A stretch of DNA of 64,000 nt from a virus. Positions 24,188 through 34,185 of the stretch are shown here, one piece after another. Below the pieces are notes generated by a model. It made no database searches. It worked only from the letters and a program-made list of their open reading frames with translations, and was not told the origin of the DNA. The stretch's first letter is position 1, and the number at the start of each line of letters is the position of its first letter. Both the position numbers and the translations under genes were made by a program. The stretch spans positions 7,406 through 71,405 of IMG/VR virus record IMGVR_UViG_3300009181_000063; one strand, written 5' to 3'.

Positions 24188-25262
24188 CTTCGTCTGGTTC
24201 TACAACGTACTTAGATCCAGCTTTGACGGTTTCAAGAACATCCTTCTCCAATGTTTCCCGCAGGTCAATCTCTTCTTTAATAGAAGCAACCATAGCATCT
24301 GCGCCTTGCCACTGCCTTTGCTCTCCGTTAAACGTGTAACGGTAGTAAGCCCCAGCTCGAGCAATTACCCTGTTAATAATGCCTAAAGCCACAATTTCCT
24401 TAGCAAAATCGTAGTCTCCTGCTGGAACTGTCCCACCATCGGCAAAGTAAAAGTCTAAATATGCCACTTGTGACGGTGGGGCTGACTTGTTTTTAAGTGT
24501 TCTGGCTTTAATAGTCTGACCAACACGGCGCTTAGAATCTCCAGTGCCTACTTCGATCCACTCGTCACGTTTAATCTCAACACGCGTAAAGAACGCGTAG
24601 TTCTTTCCTTTACCACCAGGTGTTGTGCGTGGGTCACCGTACATAACTCCAACTTTGTCACGCCACTGGTTAATCATTAATCCAATAAATGGGCGCTCTA
24701 TCTCAATAAGACTGCGCTTAGATGCCTTACCAACCTTGCGAAAAAACTTGTTGGTCATAAGCGCTCCGCGACCTACGGTAAATTCTTCCATTTCTTTTTG
24801 ATCTTCTGCACTAGGAACGAGAGCAGGAAGGGAGTCGATAACAATGCAATCAACAGCCTTGCTTTCGATAATTTGAATAACCGCTTCATAAACTTCCTCC
24901 ATAATATTAGACTCAATAACAAATAAACGTGAAACATCCACACCGCATAGTTCTGCGTAGGAAGGAACCCATTGTTCAGCCGCTACCCAAACAGCAGTCC
25001 ACTCTGGATCTCTGCGTTGGTTTGCTGCAATTGTTTTAAAAGCAATTGCGGTTTTACCGTTGGATTCTTCTCCAACAATCTCATGCCATTGGTTAATTGG
25101 CCATCCGCCACCAAGGGCTACGTCTAACGCTAGTGACCCTGTTGTAAAACGTCCAGATAAATCTCTAATGTTTGACCCAACAACAATTGTGTCTTGACCA
25201 AACTTTTTATTTAATTTTGCTACGATTTTTAATAATTCCGGATTGAGTGCCACGTTCGCCAT
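24177..25262 (-). CDS. recA: RecA recombinase
   Basis: TGSLALDVALGGG, GEESNGKT, IVIDSL, INQWR.KVGVMYGDP.TTPGG; start set at ATG 25262. Confidence 0.95.
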   Translation of the reverse strand: MANVALNPELLKIVAKLNKKFGQDTIVVGSNIRDLSGRFTTGSLALDVALGGGWPINQWHEIVGEESNGKTAIAFKTIAANQRRDPEWTAVWVAAEQWVPSYAELCGVDVSRLFVIESNIMEEVYEAVIQIIESKAVDCIVIDSLPALVPSAEDQKEMEEFTVGRGALMTNKFFRKVGKASKRSLIEIERPFIGLMINQWRDKVGVMYGDPRTTPGGKGKNYAFFTRVEIKRDEWIEVGTGDSKRRVGQTIKARTLKNKSAPPSQVAYLDFYFADGGTVPAGDYDFAKEIVALGIINRVIARAGAYYRYTFNGEQRQWQGADAMVASIKEEIDLRETLEKDVLETVKAGSKYVVEPDEDEN

Positions 25263-25624
25263 TAACCTAACTTTCCAATAATTGTTGTTGGATTCCATCC
25301 GCCTGTGGCTACTTGTACTGCTGGTTGAGCTGGACCTACGGCCTGTGGGCCACCAGTAATTCCTTTGCCTAAACCGCTACCGCTTTGAACAATTGGATAA
25401 CCGCAATCGTAACAACGTGCTTTAGTTCCTTCAATTGATCCATAGTTTCCGCTACCGCAACCTGGGCATCGTGAAGCATTAGCTGATGCGGGTGGGCGAA
25501 CTCCTTGTTGTGGAGGCGCTGGTGGTGCGTACGTCATGGGTTGTTGCGAGGGAGGCATCGGAGGCATATTTGCCGGACGTGATTGCTGTTGAGGTTGACT
25601 TAGTTTATCTGCCCACCAACTCAT
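25262..25624 (-). CDS. Pro/Gln-rich zinc-ribbon protein
   Basis: CPGCGSGNY...CYDCGYP. Confidence 0.75.
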   Translation of the reverse strand: MSWWADKLSQPQQQSRPANMPPMPPSQQPMTYAPPAPPQQGVRPPASANASRCPGCGSGNYGSIEGTKARCYDCGYPIVQSGSGLGKGITGGPQAVGPAQPAVQVATGGWNPTTIIGKLG

Positions 25625-26073
25625 ATTTGGATATCTCCTTTAATCGTATCTGTGCTGATAATACCCAATTCTAGTCCAGATGCAAAAGCGGACAAAAGCG
25701 CTGAATAACCTACCTGAACATACATATCTTCAATATGTTCTTTTTCGTGGGCTAACTCTTCTGGATTCATGCCTTGAGCTTTTGTAAAATGATCAAACTG
25801 TAATGCGGTAATGGCGCGAGCATTAATATCTGCAATAGTTTCTAAAAATGGAACTAATGGCATAACGTTAAGTAAACGTGCGTCACTCTCTGACTCTTCC
25901 TGCTCTTCGCCTTCTGCGCTAACGGGCATCATCCCTACAAGACTTGCAATCTTGTTTGGCTCTTCCATCCCAGCGTCGTAAAAGTACCAGCGGGCAAGAA
26001 CTGGTAACGGAACCTCGGTTATAGTTCTTTCACCTTCATCAGCCTGAACTTTTTGCCAAAATTTCCAATTCAT
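25621..26073 (-). CDS. Hypothetical protein
   Basis: 150-aa ORF in operon. Confidence 0.75.
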   Translation of the reverse strand: MNWKFWQKVQADEGERTITEVPLPVLARWYFYDAGMEEPNKIASLVGMMPVSAEGEEQEESESDARLLNVMPLVPFLETIADINARAITALQFDHFTKAQGMNPEELAHEKEHIEDMYVQVGYSALLSAFASGLELGIISTDTIKGDIQI

Positions 26074-28028
26074 TACTTAGCCTCTCCCCAACGCTGAACA
26101 ACCGTTATGTCAGCAATGAGTGGCACCTCCAATAGGTTAATGCCTTCCATGGCTTCTTTAATTGCTGCTTTTGTCTCTTCCACCAGATTATCTGGAGCAA
26201 GAGTCACCAATTCATCGTGAACGGTAAGTATAAGTTTAGCCTCTTTGGGTATTAAGCTGTGTGCTCGAACCATAGCAAGTTTAATGACGTCTGCTGCCGA
26301 CCCTTGGATCTTGGTATTAAACGCTTGGCGTTCTGCACCAGCTCGATCATATTTATCAGAGGCATTCATTTCTGGAAGATAGCGGCGTCTTCCAAGAATG
26401 GTCGTAACGTAAGGAACTGGCTTTTCTTTATTACCTAATTTTCTGGTAGAAACAAGTACTTTAAACTTATAGGTGTTAATAGAAGGAAAACGGGCTGAAA
26501 AACGGTCTAAAAGATCTCTAGCCTCTTGTTTTGTACACCCGATTGATCTGGCAATTTTATCTGGACCTACTCCATAAGACATAGCAAGAACAAGAACTTT
26601 GCCAGCCTTGCGGTCTACGCCCATTTCATTTCCCACGGTGGTGTAGATGTCCCCACCGTTTTTGTAGTTTTCAACCATGATTGGATCCTTAGAAAAGGAA
26701 GCAATAACTCTTGGCTCAATCTGCGAATAGTCGGCTACAACAAACTTGTACCCATCTGGGGCTTTAAAGAGGTTGCGAATTGCTTTACCGTGCGCCGTGT
26801 GTGGTGCTGGTACGTTTTGTAGGTTTGGGTTACGACTTGAGAACCGCCCTGTTTCTGCGCCGTGCTGTACAAAATCACAATGGATTCTGTTGTTAATGAG
26901 TAAACTGTCTTTTGTTTCAATTCTAACCTTTCCGGCTGTAGTCCTAGTAACTTCTCCGCCTAAATATGGGACAACGTATGTGGTGTGCAATTTGTTTAAA
27001 TCAGCGTAAGTTAAAAGAGCGTCAACTAGCGGGTCTTCTCCCCGGTAAGCCTCCAGCGCTTCAGCTGAAACTGAATCCCCGCCCTTTGCGGTAACAATCT
27101 TTGGCTTAAGTCCTCGACCGCCTTCTGATTTGGGGCCATACAAAATTACCTGCTTATCAACGTTAGAGTTGATGTTGAACTGCTGACCAGCAACCTTAAA
27201 GATCTCAGCTTTTGCGGCTTCAATGTCAATTTTTAATTGAGCATCTAAAACTGTAAGAGCATCCATATCGATAGGAGCGCCAGTCAACTTCATGTCACAA
27301 AGAACCTTAAGAACATCCATCTCAAGTTTCATAACGCCAGTCACTTGATTTTCTTCTAACTTCTTTACAAGTATTTTCCATAGCAAGAACGTGTACTTAG
27401 CGTCGAGGTATGCGTACTTAGCAACCTCATCAAATGAATAAACTTCTACTTGAGCTCCTACGCCCTTTTCCATTTGAAAACCAATTTCACGCTTTAAACA
27501 ATCGGCAAGACCGCATCGGTTCTTGTTACGGTTATCGTAAAGAAACGAAGCAATCATGGTGTCAAAGTAAGGACCTACGGGAAAATTACCACCGTAGTAT
27601 TTTGCAACAGAAGTAAGGTCAAATACTAAATTGTGACCAATCTTTAAAATGCTGTTATTAAACATAAGAGGTTTAAGGGAAGCAAAAACCTCTGCTGGAA
27701 ATAACTGTGAGGGAGGGTCAGAAAATACTTTAGTTGATTTTTTAGAGTCTCGTGAGTAGTCGCTAGGTCGTGCTTCAAGACCTTGTTCTACGCGCTTTTC
27801 ACCTTGTCCTGTTAAAGGAAAGACCGTATCGAGAAGAACACCATTAGGATGACCCATAGGGATAACATCACAACGACCGTGAGTAGCCAAACTAATCCAG
27901 AGTACTTCATTAACAGGCGTATCGCCTCTACGTTCTCCGACTGTTTCCACGTCGTAAGCAAACGCATCTTGTTCAAGATAGTAGGCAACCATTTCATCTA
28001 GTTGATCGTTAGTTGTAATTATATTCAT
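26073..28028 (-). CDS. polA: Family A DNA polymerase (3'-5' exonuclease + polymerase)
   Basis: YDVET, GHNLVFD, TGRFSS.NPNLQN, ADYSQIE, K.LVLAMSYG, IQGSAAD, TVHDEL; start ATG 28028. Confidence 0.95.
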   Translation of the reverse strand: MNIITTNDQLDEMVAYYLEQDAFAYDVETVGERRGDTPVNEVLWISLATHGRCDVIPMGHPNGVLLDTVFPLTGQGEKRVEQGLEARPSDYSRDSKKSTKVFSDPPSQLFPAEVFASLKPLMFNNSILKIGHNLVFDLTSVAKYYGGNFPVGPYFDTMIASFLYDNRNKNRCGLADCLKREIGFQMEKGVGAQVEVYSFDEVAKYAYLDAKYTFLLWKILVKKLEENQVTGVMKLEMDVLKVLCDMKLTGAPIDMDALTVLDAQLKIDIEAAKAEIFKVAGQQFNINSNVDKQVILYGPKSEGGRGLKPKIVTAKGGDSVSAEALEAYRGEDPLVDALLTYADLNKLHTTYVVPYLGGEVTRTTAGKVRIETKDSLLINNRIHCDFVQHGAETGRFSSRNPNLQNVPAPHTAHGKAIRNLFKAPDGYKFVVADYSQIEPRVIASFSKDPIMVENYKNGGDIYTTVGNEMGVDRKAGKVLVLAMSYGVGPDKIARSIGCTKQEARDLLDRFSARFPSINTYKFKVLVSTRKLGNKEKPVPYVTTILGRRRYLPEMNASDKYDRAGAERQAFNTKIQGSAADVIKLAMVRAHSLIPKEAKLILTVHDELVTLAPDNLVEETKAAIKEAMEGINLLEVPLIADITVVQRWGEAK

Positions 28029-28045
28029 AGATATCCCCAAAAGCC

Positions 28046-28079
28046 TAGAGGCGCTAGGGGGATAAATCTAGCGCCTCTA
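28046..28079 (-). promoter_or_regulatory. 12-bp hairpin ahead of polA (terminator/translational operator candidate)
   Basis: TAGAGGCGCTAG-N10-CTAGCGCCTCTA perfect stem. Confidence 0.6.
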
Positions 28080-28091
28080 AACATTTTTTGG

Positions 28092-28766
28092 TTAGAGCAG
28101 ACTTTCTGCAATCTCTACCAATGATTGATGAGAATCCTCACGGATCTCAGTGCGCTCAAATGGTTTAAAAGCTGCAACAGCAAGTTCTGTCTCAGCCTCG
28201 TTAAGTCCCCAATCTTCTGTAAGATCACGAGCCTTTACTGGCATTAAGTTGTAAACAGTTTGCTGCTTTTGTCCTGTGCGACTTAGCGCCCAGTAGTTGC
28301 GGGTCAATGGACCAGCCTGTGAAAACTCACCCGCGTGCAAAGTCTTATACAAACGAGGTGTTGCAATTAGCATTTGACGCTGGTATGGCTTAGCAGTCAA
28401 ATTAATAACAGTGAACGCACGCTTTACTTCTGGCTTGTCTTGAAGCTTTAAGCAAAGTGGGCAAGTATCACCTAAACACACATAAGAACGGCGACCTTCG
28501 GTCTTGTCCTTTAAGAAGTGTTGGCGGTAGTTGGCAAATGGACCAGCAGTATCGATGAAACGAACTAACTGGAATGTTTCAGAATGCTTGTACTCAGTTG
28601 GGAACTCTGTCTGAACTGGAACAAGTTGTTCTGCTGCTTCCCAACCCGATTGGATTGAGGATGTTGTTGCTGATGTTGTTTGAGTTGGACGATCTTCTAC
28701 TGAGAATGATTCGTCTATTACTTGTCCGTATGTCGATGCATCCGGTGTTGTTTGATTTACGCCCAT
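28092..28766 (-). CDS. Probable single-stranded DNA-binding protein
   Basis: YRQHF...YVC....CPLC, aromatic OB-like strands; adjacent to polA. Confidence 0.65.
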   Translation of the reverse strand: MGVNQTTPDASTYGQVIDESFSVEDRPTQTTSATTSSIQSGWEAAEQLVPVQTEFPTEYKHSETFQLVRFIDTAGPFANYRQHFLKDKTEGRRSYVCLGDTCPLCLKLQDKPEVKRAFTVINLTAKPYQRQMLIATPRLYKTLHAGEFSQAGPLTRNYWALSRTGQKQQTVYNLMPVKARDLTEDWGLNEAETELAVAAFKPFERTEIREDSHQSLVEIAESLL

Positions 28767-28802
28767 GGGCGGCTTTCTCCTTTTCGCAGTTGTATGCAGT
28801 TA

Positions 28803-29255
28803 TTAAGCAGTTTCCTCAGCGAGGGATTGTTCCCAAGCTTTGGCTATTTCTTCAGTGACCTCTCGGTACTTTACCCAGTCTATACGCTTCACGTGTAAAA
28901 CGCCAAACTTAGTAAAGATCATGATTGCGGATTCAATCATCGAGCGGCTATATAAGCGCCTTCCTTGCCGTTCCCGTCCCAACTTATCCGTTTTAGTCGG
29001 TAAGCGGTAAGGCGATGTTGGTAGGTGCCCTTCGTTCATCCATAGTTTAAGTGTCACAACTGGTCGACCCAGTGCTTGACTTAAAGAGCCTATGCTGAAC
29101 AAATCTATTTCTTTCCCATTTGGAAGTAAAGTTGATCGTGGGTGTTTATCCCAATTTGATTCTTTAACTTCTTTAACTTCTGGCTCGCGACGTTTGCGTT
29201 TGCTATTAGGGTAAAACAAATCCCCAAACGTCTGATCGATAAAATCTTCTGTCAT
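28803..29255 (-). CDS. MerR-like HTH DNA-binding protein
   Basis: FSIGSLSQALGRPVVTLKLWMNEGHLP...RRLYS. Confidence 0.75.
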   Translation of the reverse strand: MTEDFIDQTFGDLFYPNSKRKRREPEVKEVKESNWDKHPRSTLLPNGKEIDLFSIGSLSQALGRPVVTLKLWMNEGHLPTSPYRLPTKTDKLGRERQGRRLYSRSMIESAIMIFTKFGVLHVKRIDWVKYREVTEEIAKAWEQSLAEETA

Positions 29256-29641
29256 AGTACGAAAGCGTAAGAAACCTTTGCTGGGAACATTGAGTCAATA
29301 TCTTCTTCTGACAATTGACCTTTGTAAAACGCAGCCATGATTGCGTCTTCACTAACCGTTGGGATCATGATGATGCAGTCATCTTTAATGCCACGTTCTA
29401 CAAGCAACGTGTCTGCAACATCCATGTTAAGTGTTTTAGAAACTCGACGTTGGTTTGTAACCTTAATGTCTTCGTCAAGTTCTAATGTGATGTGGCCTCG
29501 GCCATCTGTTTCGCCAAGTTCTTTAACCGCGTCGTTTAAGCGATCTTTAATTTCTTTTTGGCGCTCTTCTAAAAACTTAATTTGCTTCTTAAGTTCTAGG
29601 TATTGCTTAGCTTCATTTGTAAGCTGTTTGATGTCTGACAT
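29252..29641 (-). CDS. Hypothetical coiled-coil protein
   Basis: 129-aa ORF with N-terminal coiled coil. Confidence 0.7.
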   Translation of the reverse strand: MSDIKQLTNEAKQYLELKKQIKFLEERQKEIKDRLNDAVKELGETDGRGHITLELDEDIKVTNQRRVSKTLNMDVADTLLVERGIKDDCIIMIPTVSEDAIMAAFYKGQLSEEDIDSMFPAKVSYAFVL

Positions 29642-29706
29642 TTGTATCCCCTTTGTTTGGTAGGAATCTATACCCTACCTGGGGGGACTGACAAATTGAG
29701 GGAGCC

Positions 29707-29853
29707 TTACTCGGAGGCTTTGTACTCCTCAAGAGCCTTAATTATGACCGAGGTCACAGTTACGGACTCTCTGGCGGCTTTGCGCTGTACGGCAAGCCAC
29801 AGGTCATCTGCCACCCGAATTGTGCGGGTTGGGGTCTTTGGTGCGTTAGGCAT
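29707..29853 (-). CDS. Ribbon-helix-helix protein (48 aa)
   Basis: TPTRTIRVADDLWLAVQRKAARESVTVTSVIIKALEEY; leaderless promoter. Confidence 0.8.
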   Translation of the reverse strand: MPNAPKTPTRTIRVADDLWLAVQRKAARESVTVTSVIIKALEEYKASE

Positions 29854-29862
29854 CCGTCTAGT

Positions 29863-31455
29863 TTACACGGAGCTGTTAAGCAAAAACTGGTTCAAACTAG
29901 ACAAACTGAAGTCTATTCCACCCTCAGTATTTATGCCCTCGCCATCAATTACGGCGCTTGCTACGGCGTTTTTATGCTGAAGCATCTCGTGTTGACGAAC
30001 TTCTATTGATCCTCCTACAAGAAAGTCTTGAATAACAATGCTGGGCCATTTAGAAGAGGCACGCATTATTCGTCCATTGCGCTGTGTCGCCCCGCCAGAC
30101 GACCAAGGTAAGTCGTAATTGACAAGAAGATTAGCAGCTGGGAGGTCAACACCATACCCACCAGCATCAGAACTAACGAGGACACGGACATTTGGGTCTG
30201 TGTTAAGGGCAATTTTATTTTCTTCTTTAGTCTTGGCATCTAGTTTCCCTGTGTATGTTCTAGTTCCGTATTGAATAAGGGCTTGAGAAATCATGTCTGT
30301 CATGTCTACATATGTGGCAAAGATAACCACTTTGTTTTCTTCTGATTGTTCTAAAAAATCTTTTACGTATTGAATAAGCGCTTCTAGTTTAGGGGATTTA
30401 TCAATACCTTCTAAATACCCAAACTCAACTAGTTCGTTTGCGTATGAAGAGCCTTCACCGGGAGTTGATAAGTATTTACGTGCGCTTGTTCTGAGTAGGT
30501 CTGGGTGGGAGCAAAGCATTTTAAGCGCCCCGACTTTAGACATAATTTTTCCACGCCACTCGTTCTCTTCGTAACTACCACTACCGTTCTGCACACCGTA
30601 ATGTGAAAAGATATTAAAGTTAGCCCCAAAAAGGGACTGAGCCTCTGCTAAGTCGTTTAATAAGTCTTTTCTAATTCGTTCGTATAACTTGGCACTTCGT
30701 CTATCGAACGTGATGAGAAGCGGCTCACTATGGATGGAATCTGGTAGGTGAGGCGCAACATCTGGATCTTTTTGCGACTTTCTAACACTTGCTTCTTTAA
30801 GTTTTTCATGAAGAGTAGGCAAATTGCGATAACGCTGGACTCCACCAAAATTATTACGAACAATAAAAGCTTTATCAAATATATCAAACCTTCCTAGTAC
30901 GGAGTCATCAACAAACTGCATAATGCTAAAGACCTCTTCTGGCTTCCCATTCTCTACTGGAGTTCCAGTAAGAGCAAATTTAAACGGAGCGTTAGCCATA
31001 CGCTTCACCGCTTTAGATCGTTTTGACTTAAAAGATTTAATTGCTGTTGCTTCGTCAATAACAATAAAACCCCGTGGAAGTTTCTTTACTAAATCCCAAT
31101 CGTTTACTACCTGCTCGTAGTTCATAATTACATAATCAACTTTTGTTTCACGCCAATTAAAAGCCTCTTCGTATTGCTCAAGACGTTGCTTAGGTGTTCC
31201 GTCAATAACAATAGATTTAGAGGTGCCGTCAGTAAACTTTTCGATCTGGTTGTGCCATTGGTATTTAAGTGATGAAAGGCAGATAACCATTCCCGGTTCT
31301 GTAATCTGACCTTCGTCCATAAGTTGTTCTACGGCAGCAATAGTCAGAACTGTTTTTCCTAAACCAAGATCGTAGGCAACTAATACCTTATGCCTGTCAA
31401 CCATCTTGTTGACCGCCTCGGGTTGGTAAGGAAGTAGAGTCCCAGTAAAAGTCAT
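29863..31455 (-). CDS. SNF2-family helicase
   Basis: DLGLGKT, IDEAT, LTGTPVEN, GGYGVDL, QRNGRI.R. Confidence 0.92.
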   Translation of the reverse strand: MTFTGTLLPYQPEAVNKMVDRHKVLVAYDLGLGKTVLTIAAVEQLMDEGQITEPGMVICLSSLKYQWHNQIEKFTDGTSKSIVIDGTPKQRLEQYEEAFNWRETKVDYVIMNYEQVVNDWDLVKKLPRGFIVIDEATAIKSFKSKRSKAVKRMANAPFKFALTGTPVENGKPEEVFSIMQFVDDSVLGRFDIFDKAFIVRNNFGGVQRYRNLPTLHEKLKEASVRKSQKDPDVAPHLPDSIHSEPLLITFDRRSAKLYERIRKDLLNDLAEAQSLFGANFNIFSHYGVQNGSGSYEENEWRGKIMSKVGALKMLCSHPDLLRTSARKYLSTPGEGSSYANELVEFGYLEGIDKSPKLEALIQYVKDFLEQSEENKVVIFATYVDMTDMISQALIQYGTRTYTGKLDAKTKEENKIALNTDPNVRVLVSSDAGGYGVDLPAANLLVNYDLPWSSGGATQRNGRIMRASSKWPSIVIQDFLVGGSIEVRQHEMLQHKNAVASAVIDGEGINTEGGIDFSLSSLNQFLLNSSV

Positions 31456-32003
31456 TAGTAAGACTGCATCCTAGTTCTAATTAAAAGTTCAAGGTCTTCT
31501 ATAGACCCGTTATTAACAAATATTTGATCTACTTTATAGCCGTCTAGTTCGGATTCGGAAACATGTTCGTTAACCGGAGCTGTTCCTAATCGTTTTACAC
31601 GCCAAATTTGTCCGCCAAACTCTTGAACCCATTGAGCTTCATTTTCAAACCTAACGTCAGAAACAACAACTTTGTCTTGTGGTGCAACGTCTGACAAAGC
31701 TTGATAAATCCAAAAGGTGTCTCCAAACAATTTTCGTGCCTCTACTCCAACATCCTGTAAAAGTCTTCTAACTTCTGGATAATCAACTTTAACTTTGTCC
31801 CAACCATAAGAATCAACAAGATCTTGTAAACGGTAATTAATTACGTTGTCTTCGTAACCTTTAGGTATTAAAGGATCCATTCCATAAATAAGATCTCGAA
31901 TAGGGTCGGCAAAAGCAATACGTCGGTAGCCATGTTTTTCAACAAGAATGTTGGCAACGGTATCTTTTCCTGATTGTGCGTACCCAGATAATCCAATAAT
32001 CAT
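31455..32003 (-). CDS. Deoxynucleoside monophosphate kinase
   Basis: IIGLSGYAQSGKDT, FADPIR, RRLLQ.VG, SDVRFENE, HVSE. Confidence 0.9.
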   Translation of the reverse strand: MIIGLSGYAQSGKDTVANILVEKHGYRRIAFADPIRDLIYGMDPLIPKGYEDNVINYRLQDLVDSYGWDKVKVDYPEVRRLLQDVGVEARKLFGDTFWIYQALSDVAPQDKVVVSDVRFENEAQWVQEFGGQIWRVKRLGTAPVNEHVSESELDGYKVDQIFVNNGSIEDLELLIRTRMQSY

Positions 32004-32947
32004 GACAGTGCCTTCTCCCCATGTAGAGCGTGCTTTGCGTTTTCAATTCCGTAGACTATCTCAGATTTACTCATAGCGCCAACATCCTTAACACTAGAGC
32101 GCTCAACCCAGTCAATCCCAGAGTAATCAAAGAACCAGCACTCAAACCACATGTCAATAGATTTTTTTAGAAAATCTTGAGAAGCTTGATGACCGGCCTC
32201 ATCGTTATCCATTGCAACAATTACACGATCCGCACCCTTGATTACGTTTAATTGATCTTTAGATACCGCGGTTCCGTAAGTAGAAACTCCTCCTAGAACC
32301 CCTACAGAAGCCATACGAGCAACATCAAGAGGCGACTCAACAACTACCATCACTCCGCCCTTGTATTGCTGGTAACCAAACAACGAATGGCTTTTCTGAA
32401 TACCGGCGGGATAATTTCTAAAGTAACGTCCCTTAGAGCCCTTCTCCTGCCAACCAAGTAATTTCCCAGTCATGTCACGGATAGGAAGAATCCAACACTC
32501 TTTACGAGAGTCATACAAAATTCCATACAACGCAGCAGCCTCTGGCGTTATTCCACGGCTTTGTAAAAGCTCAACTGGTGGCGCTACATAAGCAGCAAGG
32601 TTAGCCTCTGTAATAGTAATTGAATTTTCAACTACTTTTGGTTTTGGATTAAGCGCTCGCTCTAAACGCATTGATAAGTCGCTGGTAGTTGTTTTAACCC
32701 ACTCGTCAGCTTGCTCCATAGGGATACCGTTAACGTATGAAACAAGATACTGCAGTCCACCACGGAATCCGCATGAGAAACAGTTATGCGCCCCTGTGTC
32801 TGCGTTGATTGACCATGATGGGTTGTGATCTTCCTTGCCTGTTCTATCAAAGTGACCGGGGCATAAACCCTTTACCTCTGAACCACGAACACCATAAGTT
32901 TCAATACCTAAACCTTTAAGAAAATCTTCCATCTCTTCTACTGTCAT
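32000..32947 (-). CDS. DNA primase (CHC2 Zn finger + TOPRIM)
   Basis: CPGH...PSWS...CFSCG, VVESPLD, MDNDEAG. Confidence 0.9.
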   Translation of the reverse strand: MTVEEMEDFLKGLGIETYGVRGSEVKGLCPGHFDRTGKEDHNPSWSINADTGAHNCFSCGFRGGLQYLVSYVNGIPMEQADEWVKTTTSDLSMRLERALNPKPKVVENSITITEANLAAYVAPPVELLQSRGITPEAAALYGILYDSRKECWILPIRDMTGKLLGWQEKGSKGRYFRNYPAGIQKSHSLFGYQQYKGGVMVVVESPLDVARMASVGVLGGVSTYGTAVSKDQLNVIKGADRVIVAMDNDEAGHQASQDFLKKSIDMWFECWFFDYSGIDWVERSSVKDVGAMSKSEIVYGIENAKHALHGEKALS

Positions 32948-34185
32948 GCGTCTTCACCTGACATCTCACGGAAGGTACCTTCGTCCCAAGCCCACGTTAA
33001 GAATGTAGAACCAGGTCCAGAGTTACGGCTTGCAAGAACACTGAGGATGCGAGTCTGGTCATCGCTTTCTTCTGGCTTTTCAAGACCGAACAATACGTCA
33101 GCATCTTGGAAGAATGAAGATGAGTAACCGATTGAGTTAGCGGTCAGTTTACCTTTGCTCTTCTTCCAATCCAAGGACTGAGTTGTAATAATAATTGGAA
33201 TCTTAAAACTCTGAGCCAAACGCTTAAACCCACGGGTTAGATTAGTTAGGGCTTGCGGAGTGTTCTGCTCACCAGTCTGCTCGTCTGTCATCAAGTACAT
33301 ACCGTCAATAAAAAGAATGCTTGGACGATGTAACTGTAACTTAGCGGTAACGCCAGACAAAGTTGATCCTGATGAAGAGTCAACAAGCCAAAACTTTTCA
33401 GCATCATTACGCATTTTGTTAGTAACAAGTGTTTGGTATCTCGCCTCTTCGTCGGGGCGTAAAGTTCCAGTAATTAAACGCTGGTGTGAGATTCGAGCAC
33501 GCATTGAGTCGTAGCGGTCTTCTTGCTCACGGTTGCTCATCTCAAACGAGTAGAACATAGGCATTACCTCAGACTGAGTATGCACGTTAATTGCAACCTG
33601 CATAGCAACTGTTGACTTACCTGTCTTAGGTGTAGCGGTAATAACAATTAACTGTTCGTTCTGCAAACCATTAGTAACCTTGTCAATAGTTGGAAACCCT
33701 GTTGGGTAACCAAGTAGACCGTTTGGAAGTAACTTGCGCTCTTGATAACGAGCCCAACGCCGGTCAAGTTCTTTGCCTTCGGTAATATCGATATCGTTGG
33801 TTTGACTAAACCCAGCTTCGTCCATTTTAAGAACGCCAGATTGAAGAACTTGAAGAGCGCCCTCATGATCCTGCTCACGGTCAATCTTCTCAATAGCATC
33901 ACGAAGTATGTTGGCGGTGTAAACCTTGCGACGTGCTGAAGATAAAGAGTCAAGAAGATACCCAGTAGTGTCATTAACTGGAACTACTTCATAAGAGGGG
34001 TAGTTATCTTTAATAACATCAAGGCTTGGGCACTCACCATAACGTGCGTAGTGCTCACGTATGAATACCCAAATTTTTTTATCGTTATCATCTGAAAACC
34101 AAGATTGATTTACGTTGCGGTCAAATAACGGGGTTAGGTCTCTATCAGTAAGAGCCTTGCTTAATAATCTCTTCTCGTTGTTCAT
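32944..34185 (-). CDS. dnaB: DnaB-like replicative helicase
   Basis: TGFPTID, ATPKTGKS, SFEM, FIDGMYLM, QDADV. Confidence 0.9.
   Translation of the reverse strand: MNNEKRLLSKALTDRDLTPLFDRNVNQSWFSDDNDKKIWVFIREHYARYGECPSLDVIKDNYPSYEVVPVNDTTGYLLDSLSSARRKVYTANILRDAIEKIDREQDHEGALQVLQSGVLKMDEAGFSQTNDIDITEGKELDRRWARYQERKLLPNGLLGYPTGFPTIDKVTNGLQNEQLIVITATPKTGKSTVAMQVAINVHTQSEVMPMFYSFEMSNREQEDRYDSMRARISHQRLITGTLRPDEEARYQTLVTNKMRNDAEKFWLVDSSSGSTLSGVTAKLQLHRPSILFIDGMYLMTDEQTGEQNTPQALTNLTRGFKRLAQSFKIPIIITTQSLDWKKSKGKLTANSIGYSSSFFQDADVLFGLEKPEESDDQTRILSVLASRNSGPGSTFLTWAWDEGTFREMSGEDA

Noticed and set aside
9554-34185. Inteins or introns in RNR, RecA, PolA, SNF2 or DnaB
   Set aside because: ORFs are uninterrupted and of ordinary length, with no intein splice-junction or homing-endonuclease motifs seen.
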